Positions 30,821 to 48,370 of a stretch of DNA of 64,000 nt are shown here, one piece after another (position 1 is the stretch's first letter; each line of letters opens with the position of its first letter). The position numbers and the translations under genes were made by a program. The DNA comes from the human T2T-CHM13v2.0 reference genome, Homo sapiens. The stretch lies in assembly GCF_009914755.1 (NCBI RefSeq), contig NC_060941.1. The stretch is one strand, 5' to 3'. Under the pieces are notes generated by a model. It worked only from the letters and a program-made list of their open reading frames with translations. It was not told where the DNA came from and made no database searches.

Positions 30821-31689
30821 ATAAAATATTAAAATCTGTCCAAAAACGTGTTCCTTGCTGGTACCCTACACATTGTGGCCTGCTTCCTGGGTGATCTGGC
30901 CCCAGGTGGGATGCTAATCCCAAGTCCCCTCCCAGCACAGCCTCAGCCCATCTTTCAGGGAGAACTCAGCTACCAGGAGCCTTTCATCCACATAAGCTTG
31001 ATGCCCATCCAATTCTCCGGCCAACCTCCTGAGCAGGGGCAGGAGACCCATGGGAAGTCTGCTCAGATCACTAGGCAGGACCACCCTGGCCTCCGGCTTA
31101 ATCTTAGCAGCCTCCAGGGGCTCACCTGACCGTGCTGTCTCATCACAGGGGGCCCCCGAAAGGACTCATGGCTTGGCTTGCCCAGAGGCTTCCATGGGAC
31201 AGTTAAAGGCTAAAATGGGACCCCCCAGGCAGCAGAAGTGCCTCCCCCCACCCCACATTCCAGTTTTTACCCTGGGCCTGACAACACAGGAAGCAGGCTC
31301 CCTGCCAACACTCACACCCTCTACCATACAGACACTTGCCCCCAGTCTCTGGTCAACACTCTCTCACAGGGTCCTCACCCTCATCAGCCCAACCCCTGCT
31401 CTGTAACAGAAGGGAGCTCTGCCAGGCGGAGCCTCCACACTCAGAGAACAAACTACAGAGTCAAGGACCTGCCCCAAGTGGGTGCCATGGGGAGAGGGCC
31501 TCGGTGGCGGGGGGAGGCTGGCTGGAGGAGGAACAGAATGGCAGAGCCCTGGAGTCCAAAGGCCCTGGCTGACAGAACTGGCAACACGAAGCCTCAGCCG
31601 CCCTTCCCAACAAGCCTGGGGCCCTGACCCACCGAGCAAGACTCCTTTCCTGGAGGAGCTGCCACTCTCTAACCTCTGGCTCTAACTGA

Positions 31690-32520
31690 GCCCCATCAGA
31701 GACAGACAGTCAAGGCTGTAGTCTGCAGACACCTGGCTGGAGCTGAGGGCACAGCAGCCCCTCGAAGCAGCGGGTGAGAGGACTTACTGGCTATGCAGAG
31801 CAGAGTGTGGAAGAGCCACATCCTTGCTGGAGCAGAGGCGGCTGTGTGGGAGCCGAGGCGAGTGCGACACATGGGCCGTGGCCCACTCAGCTTCCCCTCA
31901 GCCAGGAGGCCAGGAGGCGGGGACAGAAGCACACACACCAGCAAGGACCCACAGACCGGCACTTTCAACCAAACAGAGACACTCCGGCTCGTACACAACC
32001 AGCCGTGTGGCTTCCTCAGTTGTGGGCTGGACCCTAGGAGCTTAGGGGCCACTGTCAGCCCCACTCTACCACCCACACTTTGACCCACACTTTCATGGAA
32101 TAGGGAGCTGAGGTTTGGCCAGGGCCACAGTTCTAGGTGTCCTCAGCAGATGCTGGAGGTGCAGGAGCAACGTGAATCCAGCCTGCCGTTCGTATCATCC
32201 ATTTGAGTCGGTCCCCTGTCCTGCCTCAGAACCTACCACCAGACATCTCAGCCCAGCTTCCAGCCCAGGGTCCTCGGTGGTGGTTGCCTCAGCACTGAGA
32301 CAGGCGTCCCCCTCCCATAGGAAGTGCCTCCCCAGCCAAAAACTGGGCTCTTGTACCAGCCCATGCACTCAAGGCCCTGGGGTTCTGGAGGGCCAGGTGA
32401 GTGGAAAGACCCAACGCACTGAGTGAAATCACTGCCTCGATTCAACTTCGGCTGCGTTCATTCTCTTTAAAACCAGGACAGCAACCTGACGTGGAAACTG
32501 ACTGAACAGGACTCTGAGTT
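31690..32520 (-). promoter_or_regulatory. ITGAE: ITGAE promoter / first-exon region (no obvious TATA)
   Basis: Surrounds the ITGAE ATG; GC box-like GGAGGCGGGG ~31912-31921, ETS-like GAGGAAG (minus) ~32011-32017, TGGAAA NFAT-type motifs ~32402 and ~32492, CAGAC/GTCT motifs at 31700-31730 and ~31951; exact TSS not determinable from sequence. Confidence 0.7.
31788..31821 (-). CDS. ITGAE: Integrin alpha-E (CD103) coding exon 1, start of signal peptide MWLFHTLLCIA(S)
   Basis: ATG at 31821-31819 in context GCAAGG-ATG (A at -3); 34 nt then donor A|GTAAGT; peptide recognised as ITGAE N-terminus; joins exon 2 in frame. Confidence 0.96.
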
Positions 32521-32715
32521 ACCAGAATAACAGAAGTAAAATTCTATACATCTTCCAGCATACCTGTGATGCATCCCAGCATTCCACAGAACACGCCGTT
32601 GACAGCTGGCAGTCGTGTTTAAGTGCTGATCTGAGATCTGTACTGTGTGACCAAGTCTGTGACACAGAAGGAACTCTCCTGCACCCCTGCTCCCCAGGCT
32701 GCTGGAAGTGCAGAG

Positions 32716-32880
32716 TGGCGCCGTCAAACAGAACTCTGCGCGGGGATGGAACTGCTCTAGGTCGACGCTGTCCAGGATGGTACTCATGAGCCACATATGG
32801 TACTAAACCCTTAAAATGCCACTAGAACAACTGATGAACTGAATTTTGTATATTTTATTTAATTTTAATTAAACGTAAAA
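32716..32880 (+). mobile_element. MER3-like hAT DNA transposon remnant
   Basis: CGCTGTCCA...GCCACATATGG...GAACTGAATTTT...TTTAATTTTAATTAA resembles MER3 consensus. Confidence 0.7.
32854..32869 (-). terminator. Candidate distal NCBP3 poly(A) signal cluster (ATTAAA, ATTAAA, AATAAA) inside MER3
   Basis: tttatt 32854-32859, tttaat 32858-32863 and 32864-32869. Confidence 0.55.
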
Positions 32881-33814
32881 AGGCAGGACATTCCAAGGCT
32901 CTCTAACATGAGTGTCTGCAGCCCCATTCGCTTTGAGATGTGAATGTGTTAACCCAGGGTGGACAATGGTGTTGACTTCATTACTAGATAAAAATCCATG
33001 TTATTTTGTTTCTCGCATTGAAAGGCTGCTTGGCTAAGGTTCTGTGAAGATCCGATGACATTTCCAACACTTTGCCTTGTCTGCTTTGCTCTGACAAAGT
33101 GCTTATGACTACTAGATCTTGCTCGGTTATGTGAGATTACAATTCACCGGTTTCCATCCTGTATGAAACAGAAGTTAAACAGTTGTAAAAGCAAAATTCC
33201 AGGTCTGGTGGTTTTCCTGCCAGGTCATGATGAAACCATCCTACTTCTGTTGAACCTCGTCCCAGGCAGGATCGGGGCCTGCGGCCTACAGCCTGTCTTC
33301 CCAGCGCTCCAGGGCTCGTGACCCTCCTCCTCCCCTCACTTCATTCTGCGCTCCAAGGGCACTGGGGAGAGTCACAGTGGTCTCCTCTCCCCCGCATTGG
33401 CCTAAAGCAGGAAGAGAGCAGCCCAGTCACTGAGCAGATCCCTGCTAGGGCAGGGCTAGAACCCAGACTGCAGCTCACTCGAGATTCCTGAGAGAAGACT
33501 TTGTGTTTGGAGTGTGAACGTCAGGGTGCCTCGGGAAGCCAGGGAAAGCTGATGACTGGGTGCTGGACAGGGAGCAGGGCCACTTCTGTACCTCTGCACA
33601 CTTCTAGAATGCGGACTCATCCTGCATCCATCCAGTATGTATTTATCCAAGCGTCAGTGCCTCTAGTCATGAGACACACAGGGGTCCGTAAAGCCCACCT
33701 GGCGGTAGCTGCTTTCCCCACAAACCCAAACTACATCCCCAAGGTCAGGGCCAGGCTCTGTTGAGTAATGCTCCCCATCACAGCACGCAGCACAAGGCTG
33801 GCTGTTTGACAAAT

Positions 33815-37098
<3,284 letters not shown>

Positions 37099-37438
37099 TA
37101 ACCTATATTGGCCCAGAGGTGATGGTGACAATTTGAGATAACACAAAGTCTCAACTATTTACGAACCTGGTCATCCAGAGAGGGCCCCGGAATTGCTCAA
37201 ATGAACAGTAAGAATCCTGAGGCAGGGTACTGACCTTGGTAGGTGAAATACCGCCTATACTCTCAAGTTTTATGGATAGTGCAGCCAAATTCCACTCGGA
37301 TGCCTCACAACTACTTAAAATTGGCTTTTTGAAGCAGCATTTCCCTAACTACTCCCAGGAACAAAGTTCTGTGAAATGTTCATAGAGCTTCATTGAAAAA
37401 AAAAAAAAAAAAAAAGCTACAATATTTTTCTTCTAAGA

Positions 37439-37479
37439 TTTATTTTATAAACATGTAAGAAAAGTTGTAGATATTTATT
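37439..37479 (-). terminator. Candidate middle NCBP3 poly(A) signals (two AATAAA)
   Basis: tttatt at 37439-37444 and 37474-37479; U-rich downstream element from the plus-strand A-run ~37397-37415. Confidence 0.65.
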
Positions 37480-39419
37480 GTGGGTCTGGTTATGCAAGAA
37501 CAATCTTCCTGGACACAGTGTGCGATTCTCAGTATCAAAAGCATTCTCTTCTTTCAGTTCGTAAAAGAAAAACATGGTTTAACTTCTAATTTACTGCTTA
37601 TTATAAGGTTTAAAAGCAATTACTGTACTTATGTATCGAACTTATTTGTGTAGCAACTAATTCATCTGTGAAGCCATGGTTTGCTGTGGCTTCACAGTAA
37701 ATTTTGACTTAAGTCTAAAGCGTGTGTTAGCATCTCACCGTAACTTAATGCTTCGAGTGAGAAGTTTGAGGAATGCTGCTTTAGGCAAAAGAGCCACTGG
37801 AGGAATGAGCTCTGCTCTTTTCACCTGCTCTGGACTGCTCTCACTTTCCTCACCGACAGGACCACAGGCTTAAGAACTGGCTCAGCAGTCCTTCTTTAGG
37901 GTCTAGCGCCTGCCTACCAGCTTCCTCTACTTCTATCCCGGGACAGATGAATGCTTTTCTAAAAAATATTTTGGACCATCTGCATGATTCCCTAGCAAAT
38001 GCTTTAGAGAGCTGGTAAGCTTCAGCTCCGACATGGCCAGATCATCAAAATTTGAAGTTTACTCAGGTCTATTTAATGAGATTTTTTTTTCTTATACAAC
38101 CATATGCACTTCTGAATAATCTTCCCTTTTTCGAATCTGGGGCTTTCATCTGGAATTAGACTAACCTGCAGACAGTGATGCCAGAACTGGGCTGGGTTAC
38201 CATAATTCATTCATTTACCAAACACTTTCGAAGCACTACTTACTCTGGGCTGGCCTGATGAAAGGATACAGAGATAACACCACAAAGAAACTTGCTCATT
38301 AGGAGCTTGCTTACTGGCTAGAAAGGAAAATACAACATGAAAATAAAGCATTGTACGTACATGGCAGAAAAATGACTAGCCTGCCAGAGGGCCCCAGAGC
38401 CTCAGAGGATGGAGCCACTCCTGAGGCTGGAGGGTTTACAAACTCATCCCATCTTTACAGAAGACCTGCTAGATGCCAGGCATGCTGGCAGGCACAGGGG
38501 AAAGCCCACTCAACAAGCAGACACGGTCCCTGCTCTCACGGAGCTTACAGTCTAGCAAGACAAACTAGGAACAAGAAATTACAGTCCAGTGTAGAGGTGT
38601 GCAGGGTTGTGGGGTACAGTGATTTGGCATTATACACACATTTCGCTTAAACACAATGGTATTTGTCTGAAAAAGATTTAAAAAAAGAAAAACAAATCAG
38701 TTGTTTGGGCCATTCCGCTGGCCCCTCCTTCACTCCATGAGCATAGACAAGAGGGCGGGCCCGGGCAAGCTCATGCCTCTGCTGCACCTGCGGCCTGCCT
38801 CAGTTCCCAAGCTCCCCAAAAGTGATCTTCTCGCCTAAATGTGGTTCTAACACCCCAAAACAAGTGATTTTTGCACAACACAGCCCTAACTGCAGGCCAA
38901 TCACTTCACCTGGTACTCAACCAAACAGTAATGTGTTCCCACATGGGCAAGAAATGACTACATGGGACCTCAAGATGTTGGTCTTCAATAGGGCACCTTC
39001 CTTAGATTTCTAAGAGGAATTTTAATTACACTCCATTTTTATCTTAGGCACTGACCTTAGAACTGAATCCTGGAGAGAGCTGAGACTCTTCTGTGGCAGT
39101 ACCATGGGACACATAGAAGTAGCCTATACCCTGGCTCTGGAAGTTGGGGACTGCCTCCTAGAAGGGCCCCTAAGACCTTAAGTTGGTGAGGGGAAGATTG
39201 AGGCGGGAGGGGGAGAAGCCTGGGCGGAAGCATGTCACTGGAGGTAGAAACAGCTCTGTGCACAGTCTGTAGGGCTAGTGAGATCAAGATACATTTAGGG
39301 AACTGGTGAGCAGAGGGCAGGGGAGATGGGGAGAACAGGCCAGGGATACTGCCAGAGGATAGACCTTGGTGAGCCTCATAACATGCTATCAAAAAGGGTG
39401 GAATTTATGTATGTATGTA

Positions 39420-40855
<1,436 letters not shown>

Positions 40856-42239
40856 CAACAAAGGTTCATCCCGCTGCAGTGTGCAGAATGGAGACAGGGC
40901 AGAGACCAGTGAAGAGGCTGCTGTACAAATGCAGCTGGAAAGGGCAGTGGCTGAAGAACGGAGAGGGGTTCACAGGATCAGACTACAAGGGGGCCAGAGG
41001 AGGAGACTACATCCTGAGGACGCCACAAATTATCCTGGGTACCTGGTAACTCTCCAGAGAGGAGAGTGGGAAACAAATGAGGTATCTGCAATTATCATCA
41101 AGCAGCAAACATGTATGTAAAATCTCCTACACATAAGACTAAGAGGAACACACAAAGTGTGCAGCCCTGTGCCCACATGTGTGGGGAGTGTCCAGGGTAA
41201 AATCACGCCCAGCTGCCTGCCACGGGCCTGTCCTGACTATCCATTCTTACTCTTAAACTCCAAAGAAAAGGCCTCATCATTCAGGACACACTCAAGATGT
41301 TGCAAGATCTGAGTGACTGAGAGTGGGCAGGAGGGTTAGAGAAACTAATAAGGCCAGTAACTCCGAGAAGTAAAAATCTTTAAAGCTGCCTTTCTGGGTT
41401 CTCTCTGTGTGTCTGTGAAAACTGTAAGGTTACTCGAGTGTGTATTTCTCTTGGTTACATCAAAGACCCAGTTTTGACTGCACACCACCTCCTTCCAGAA
41501 TGGCTTCGCTGATCTGTAGCAGGAGACTGCTGAGTGCTGAAAGGCCGTGGAACAAATGGACCTGAGCTGCTGGTGTAAAACCAAAAGGAAAGTCTGTGAA
41601 GGAGCATATTCTAAACCCTGCAGAGGCATGCCAGCTGGGACGCTGACCACAAGACATCTTTGCCCCGTCAGTAGAAGCAGAGACTGTGCTGGGATGGGAA
41701 TAAGCCCCTGTCTACACCTCATGCGCGCCCTCAGTTGTCTCCCTGGCGCCTCCTCCACCTGCAGTAGAAATTCATGCTGGCGAGCCCACTGCCGTCACAG
41801 CTTGGGAAGAGTAAACCGCCACTGAGATGCACCAACAAAGCCAGGAATTCTGGTAACAGCCCACTCAACTGCTAGACGGGAAAACTGAGGCCCAGGTCCA
41901 TGGAGCAGAGCCAGGGGTTGGCATCCAGGTGTCCGATTCTCAGGCCCCCGCACTCCTCACTCTACCAACTCCCCAAACCCTGACCCTTCCTAAGAACCTG
42001 GCTCTCAGCTGTATGCTTCACAGGGAAAGAAAAGCTGAGAAATCTCAGATGTCTTAAGTCTCAACTGGCAGAGAAACCAGAACCATCTCTTTCCTAGAAT
42101 CCTAATAAGAAGCTGAAATATATCATGGTTATATCCTCTAATCTCTCTAAAGGGAGGGAGAAAAAGCAAGGTTAATCAACAAAATATGGGACAATACAGT
42201 TTTTGTTGCAGCTCTCAAATCTTGCAGCCCTTTACTTCC

Positions 42240-42245
42240 TTTATT
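42240..42245 (-). terminator. Candidate proximal NCBP3 poly(A) signal AATAAA
   Basis: tttatt on plus; GU/U-rich TGTATTGTCCCATATTTTGTTG ~40-60 nt downstream on minus. Confidence 0.6.
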
Positions 42246-43720
42246 AATAACAGTGTTCTGCATTAATTCGTGCCACAGTGTAATCAACTATCAATGTGAC
42301 CATTAGCTCCGCCACAAGTAAAGATCGACAGGATCCAGGCTGCACTGTGTGCACAACAGCCCAGGCAGGTGAAGAGTCGTGACATCGCAAAAAGGACCAC
42401 GGTTTATTACCATCTCTAACGCCCATGTTCCAGCAAACCGAAGAAAAACACTGTTTCTTAAAACTGCAGAGGAATACAAAATTAAATACTACAAAACAAA
42501 AATCAGACAGGAAGACGAAACAATCTACCTCCTCCTAATGGTAAAATAATCTGAAAGGAGTTTAAAAATAAATGAACTAAAATTTTTATAACTATTATCT
42601 TTTCTGCCAATTTTGAAGATGTCTTCAGGTGCCACAACGTGGGGACAGAAAGAATAAATATCAATGTATAACTTCTAGAGTGATAATAAACAACAGGACC
42701 CCATCTCAGATGGATGGATTTTTTTTCCTACTGGAGCCAAAAAACAAGCTGAACTCTATGTACAACAGACAGACTATACAACTAGGAGCATTTAAAAATA
42801 ATAAGACTCCTCTCTCTGCCTTCTTCCAAAGAATAGAATATATATTTAACAGCACAAAAGACGACACCACTTGAGCTTCCCCTTTAGCCAACAGGAAGAA
42901 TTTCCACATATAAAAATTAAAAATTTAAACTTTCAAATCATTCATGTTTTAAACATAATACAGACTTAAAAATTCTTCAACATTGACCCATAATCCCACC
43001 CCAGCACAAAAATCAACCCCAAATCCAGACGTCACAGTTTTTTGTTCCTAAAAATCCCACAGCACTGAACTTGATCTTCACATCAAGCTGACAGCACGTA
43101 AGAGGCCCATGCCATGAGCAATCCCCGAGGGAAGAACGGAAGCACAGTCAATGCTGCAGCTCTTATCTACCTGGGCGGCACTGGTGCACCTCTGAGGTCA
43201 GGTCCGTGAGATTCGCCCCACACTAGGGTCCCGGAAGGGTGAGCTGGCCGCTTCCCTCCTCTTCCCCCTCGAAGGATGTCCAATAAGCACCTGGGAATTG
43301 ACTTTTCTTGGGAAAAGGGTGCTGGTAACAGCTGTCAGGGCCAAGGCAATAGTGAGAAGTTCAGTTCTCTGCTCTTTGGATGAACTGTGTAAAACATTTC
43401 TTTTAAAAGACACAATGTTAAAAATATTAAGAAAAATGTCTACAAAATCTGGAGGGCTGCCTTTTTCTCAAAGGGTAAAGCCTGTGGGGTGGTGGGAAAG
43501 GAATCGAGGGCCCAGAACTACAACTCTGCAGCGAAAGATAGAGATGCCCTTGAAAATGTGTCACATTCTTAAGATGTCTTGCCGAAGTAGCAAGAGCGGA
43601 GGGTGACTGTGTGAGCAGGAGCGAGAGGGCGCCAGCTCCTGCGGGGGAGGTTCCTACTGCGCGCCCCACCCTGTGCAAGAATGTCAGGCTTTAGGGCAGC
43701 TGCCATAGGCCCCAGGGGCA

Positions 43721-43956
43721 TCAGGACTCTGCCTCTGAACCAGAGCTGCTTTCCCGACTAACTTCAATCTGGAGAGATGGTAAGTTATCTAACCGGCTCT
43801 TCTTTTGGCGAGACTGCTCTTTCTCCTTAATCAGAGCCCCCCATGCCCTTTGCAGCTCAGAGTCGTCTTCCTCAGCGCCAGGCGCCCTGTGATCCACTTT
43901 CTTCGTATTCTTTTCTTTGGTCTTGGGTGCAGATCCTAGGCGAGTCCATAAATTAC
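43721..43956 (-). CDS. NCBP3: NCBP3 terminal coding exon: (G)NLWTRLGSAPK...SSSGSEAES*
   Basis: ccaaacAG acceptor at 43958-43957, TGA stop 43723-43721; C-terminus recognised. Confidence 0.95.
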
Positions 43957-44998
43957 CTGTTTGGATGAGATGGCATTTCACTTTCGCAGTCAGCGCTAAG
44001 AACCAGGGTAGCACTGAGGGGGCAGCAGCACTGCCAACACCTGCTGTGCAGGAAACGCCAGCAGTCTGTGGAGCCTGCCACCACAGTGCAGCCTTGGGCA
44101 GGCAAAATCTCATTTCCCGGGCCGCAGCCCCTGCCCGCAAACGGAAGGGTCTGGACCCAGCACGGGATTCTCACCGTGGGGGGACAGGTCAGGTCCCTCC
44201 CTGTCACCAGACACATCAGAATCACCTGAGAGGCCGTTTCCTCCTACTCCTGCCCTTCCCTGCTGAGACACCACCCTGTGTGCCAATCCATTCTGCCAGA
44301 AGTAGGCCACTCCCAGATCCCTTCCATTAATTTTTGAAATATATTTTATGAAAATTTAACAATAGAGAAATACGTGTTTAGAATTTTGTAGACGGCCACA
44401 TTATAAGGCAATTCAAAGTTGTTTTTGTTTTTGTTTTTGAGACAAGGTCTTGCTGTTGCCCAGGCTGAAGTGCAGTGGTGCAGGCGCCCACCACCACGCC
44501 CGGCTCATTTTTGTGTTTTTAGTAGAGACAGGGTTTCACCATGTTGGTTAGGCTGGTCTCGAACTCCTGACCTCAAGTGATCCCCCCGTCTCGGCCTCCC
44601 AAATTGCTGGGATTACAGGTGTTGAGCCGCTATGCCTGGCCTAAAAGTTTTATTTATAAAGATTATAAAATGTGGCAAACAACTACGATAAAATGCTGTA
44701 TGAAAAAACTAGGATTTGTATGTGGGCAAAGACCAGAATAGCTCACATGAAACTAAAAAGATTTGTGCCAAACAGAAAGAGCCAGGAGTGTGCTATTTTT
44801 TTCTATTTTCTAAGCGTTCCTAACTGTTGGGATGATGCTGATGCTGATGCTGACGATAACTATAATGGAAAAGGAATAATCACTTATATTTGGCGTGGGC
44901 TGTTTCTTGCCTTCTGCTAAGAAAGTATTTCTCCAATACACCCACTGTCCTCTGCTCTCACTGAATCCCCATTCCCATCCGTTTTAAGTGTTACCAAC

Positions 44999-45160
44999 CT
45001 GATTTCTTCTCCCGAGTATCGGCGTAGAGGCCTTTACTATCCTGCCTGGGAACACCTAGCCTACTATGCACATCAGAAGAGGGCTCTCTCCGAACGACGG
45101 GGTTACTACTAAAAGCCTTTTCCGGAGAATGTGGTCTTTTTCCTAACCGCTGGCGTATAT
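44999..45160 (-). CDS. NCBP3: NCBP3 penultimate coding exon (presumed 12): (D)IRQRLGKRPHS...DTREKKS(G)
   Basis: ctcttttttcAG acceptor, G|GTTGGT donor, 162 nt. Confidence 0.94.
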
Positions 45161-46253
45161 CTGAAAAAAGAGAAAAAGTGCACCAGTGACCGTGTGTGTG
45201 CTTTATGCTCGGCACCAGCCGCCTGACACCTCTAACGGATCTGGCGCTAACCCCTGCCCCGAGGACACAGGGCCTGACAATCAGGCTGCTAAGTATTCTT
45301 CCTTTGTAATCAGTCTGGATTTCCTTAGGAAAATTCGGACATAGGGGCTGTCAGAGGAAAAATCCTCAACTGATTACTCCAGAACTATATTTCTGAAGAA
45401 ACAACCTTTTTTTTTTTTTCTTTAAGCAGAATCAAGAAGACTAAGTAATTTACAAAAGTTTCAGCGAACAAAAAATCCTGTGAGCTCCCGGAAAGTGGAA
45501 GGCACAATCTTTGAACACACAAGTAGTTCCCAATAAACTTATTACATTTAACCAGTAAATATAAAGAGACTGGAAAAGGCAAAGGATCAAATGTGTTTTT
45601 CCCTCAATCCCCCCAGAAATCGGCCTGTCCTCTTGAGTTCCCCCTAACCACCACAGCAACAACAGAAACACATTCGTTGGTGAGGCCCTGTGCCGAGGTC
45701 TCCTCTCACTTTAGCTTCTCTCAGAGAGCAGCACCCTGGTCTCTGGTCACTGAGACCTGAGCTCCTTTCCTCCAACACTTCCTAGCACTGAGTCTTCCTT
45801 CACAAGACTATCCTGTTCTTTATCCATTCTGTCTCCACCGACCTAGTTCAGGCTCTTGTTACTTTTTTAACTCTCTACCCCACCCCACTCCACCCTCAAG
45901 TTGTCTTTCTAAAATAGATGTAAGATCAGGTTACTTCTCATGTAAAAAAATCAGGTTTGCCAACAGAGATCCTACCCTCTCCAAGGCCTGGCTCTAATGC
46001 TACTTTCTCTAAGAAGTCTTTCACAACTTCCCGAGTAGATCTATGACGGCTCTGCGTCCCCTCCAAAGGCTTCTCACATTCCTAGCACCTAGACCAGGGT
46101 CTGGCACATAGCAGGTACGGCTAAAGACCTGCTGAATCAGTGTTTGAACATAGAAATTATCTAGTTCAAACTCTTAACTGTTCAGACAACCACCGAACTT
46201 AATTTCTATTATTCTTGTATATAAAGTATACCAGTGTCATACAGAGGAAAATA

Positions 46254-46575
46254 TGGTTGGCCCTCCTCATCCATGGATTCCACATCTATAGATTCAACCA
46301 ACTGCTGATCGAATACATGTGGAAAAAAAGTAAGACATAAGAGTACAGCAAAAAATAATACAAATTTTACACAACACAGGATAAGAATTTATACCGTATT
46401 AGGTATTGTAAATAATCTAGAGATGACTTAAAGTATATGAGAGGATGTGTGTAGGTTATATGCAGATAATATGTCACTTTATATAAGGGACTTAAGCATC
46501 AATGGATTTTGGTATCTGTAGGGGGCGGGGAGGGGGTCCTGGAAGCAAGCCCCCAGACATACCAAGGAACAACTG
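46254..46575 (-). mobile_element. MER2 (TcMar-Tigger) element
   Basis: Ends resemble MER2 terminal inverted repeats; internal text matches recalled consensus. Confidence 0.75.
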
Positions 46576-46792
46576 TAATTATTTGGAATAAAAACATTTA
46601 AAGCTAGTTTTTCAGAAGTCTGATTATTTTTCATTTCCTCAATTTCCAACACCTAGCCCACAATTTAGACATGATGAACCAGGACAGCTAAATCAGTTCA
46701 CACATCGCATGTTTTACTCAGGAACCTCTCTCTGCCCCAGTCTGCTTTCCGGAGCTCAGAATCCAGCCAGGAATCCAAGTGAGGAACAGTAC

Positions 46793-46947
46793 CTGATTTA
46801 GTACTGCTGACTGGTGGCCGTGGACGGGAGTGCTGACGTTTCTCATCTAATAGATGTCGGACATCTGCAAATTTCTCAGGTGGTAATTTGTTACCAATTC
46901 GGTTTTTGATATTGCTTGAAGATACACTATCTGCCCTCATGGAGTTC
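46793..46947 (-). CDS. NCBP3: NCBP3 coding exon (presumed 11): (R)NSMRADSVSSSNIKNRIG...PVSSTKS(D)
   Basis: ccccctttttaaAG acceptor, G|GTACTG donor, 155 nt. Confidence 0.95.
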
Positions 46948-48088
46948 CTTTAAAAAGGGGGTAGGATGGGGCACAGTTAACCAACTTCAACTGTGAGACA
47001 AGACCCAAACAACAATCTCATACTTTGGAGGAAACAATTTAAGAAATCCTGTCTTACATGGCCAACATTCACTTACAAATCCATAAACTTATAATTATTT
47101 GCTTATGGAAACCATGATCTGCCTGCTCTAAAGAGACTGGTTCTGGTGAGCAGGTTTTCGAAGGTGGTTTCCACATGTGTATGTGCTATTACACAGCATA
47201 CAACTACAAGTCCCCCTTTTCTGGGACAAACGTTAAGTAGAGGCCTACAAAGAGATTGGGGCTTCCACTTACACATGCTGTGATGTGGCTGTAGTCAACA
47301 CACAGTATAGTCTACAGTCTCTCTCTTTAAAGGGCAGACTTCTCTTTCAAAGAGATATGCTATCATGCTAGGTGCCAGCACCGTTCCGGCAGCATTCTCT
47401 ACCAGAAAGCTCTCTGAAAACCAAAAATAAGAATGTGAACAGGCTCATGCCTGTAATCCCAGCACTTTGGGAAGCTGAGGCGGGCGGATCACGAGGTCAG
47501 GAGATCGAGACCATCCTGGCTAACATGGTGAAACCCAGTCTCTACTAAAAATACAAAAAATTAGCTGGGCGTGGTGGCCTGTACTCCCAGCTCCCCGGGA
47601 GGCTGAGGCAGGAAAATGCTGTGAACCCAGAAGGCGGAGCTTGCAGTGAGCCGAGATCGTGTTATCGCTCCACTGCACTCCAGGCTGGGCGACAGAGCGA
47701 GACTCCGTCTCAAAAAAAAAAAGAACGTGGTGAACAAGGCCATACAAACAAATCAGCTTGAATGGTCTTTTCCCCTCCCCACAAACATACTACGTTACAC
47801 AGAGCATCCCTAGACTCTAACCCTTAGAACTGTGGATTCTGCCTGCACAGAATCTGCTCACCCCTAGTAGTAATCAAAGACATGCACATTAAAATAACTA
47901 TTTTTTTTTTGTTCATGAAACTAGCTAGCATTAGAAAGAATGGTAATAGCTAAGGCTGGTGAGCTTGTAGGTAACAGGTGGTAATGTGAGTGATTAAAAC
48001 CCTTCTGGGATTAAAACCCTTCTGAGCCCGGGCATGGTGGCTCATGCCTGTAATCCCAGCACTTTGGGAGGCTGAGGCAGGTGGATCA

Positions 48089-48370
<282 letters not shown>

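Noticed and set aside
38351-38650. 99-aa plus-strand ORF antisense to the NCBP3 3'UTR
   Set aside because: TTG start, overlaps L2-like remnant, no recognisable homology
41345-41825. 137-aa minus and 92-aa plus ORFs in the NCBP3 3'UTR
   Set aside because: No splice or Kozak support and no recognisable protein; length compatible with chance
43619-43634. CTCF-like motif GAGCGAGAGGGCGCCA
   Set aside because: Lacks the conserved 5' CC of the core; insufficient without ChIP data
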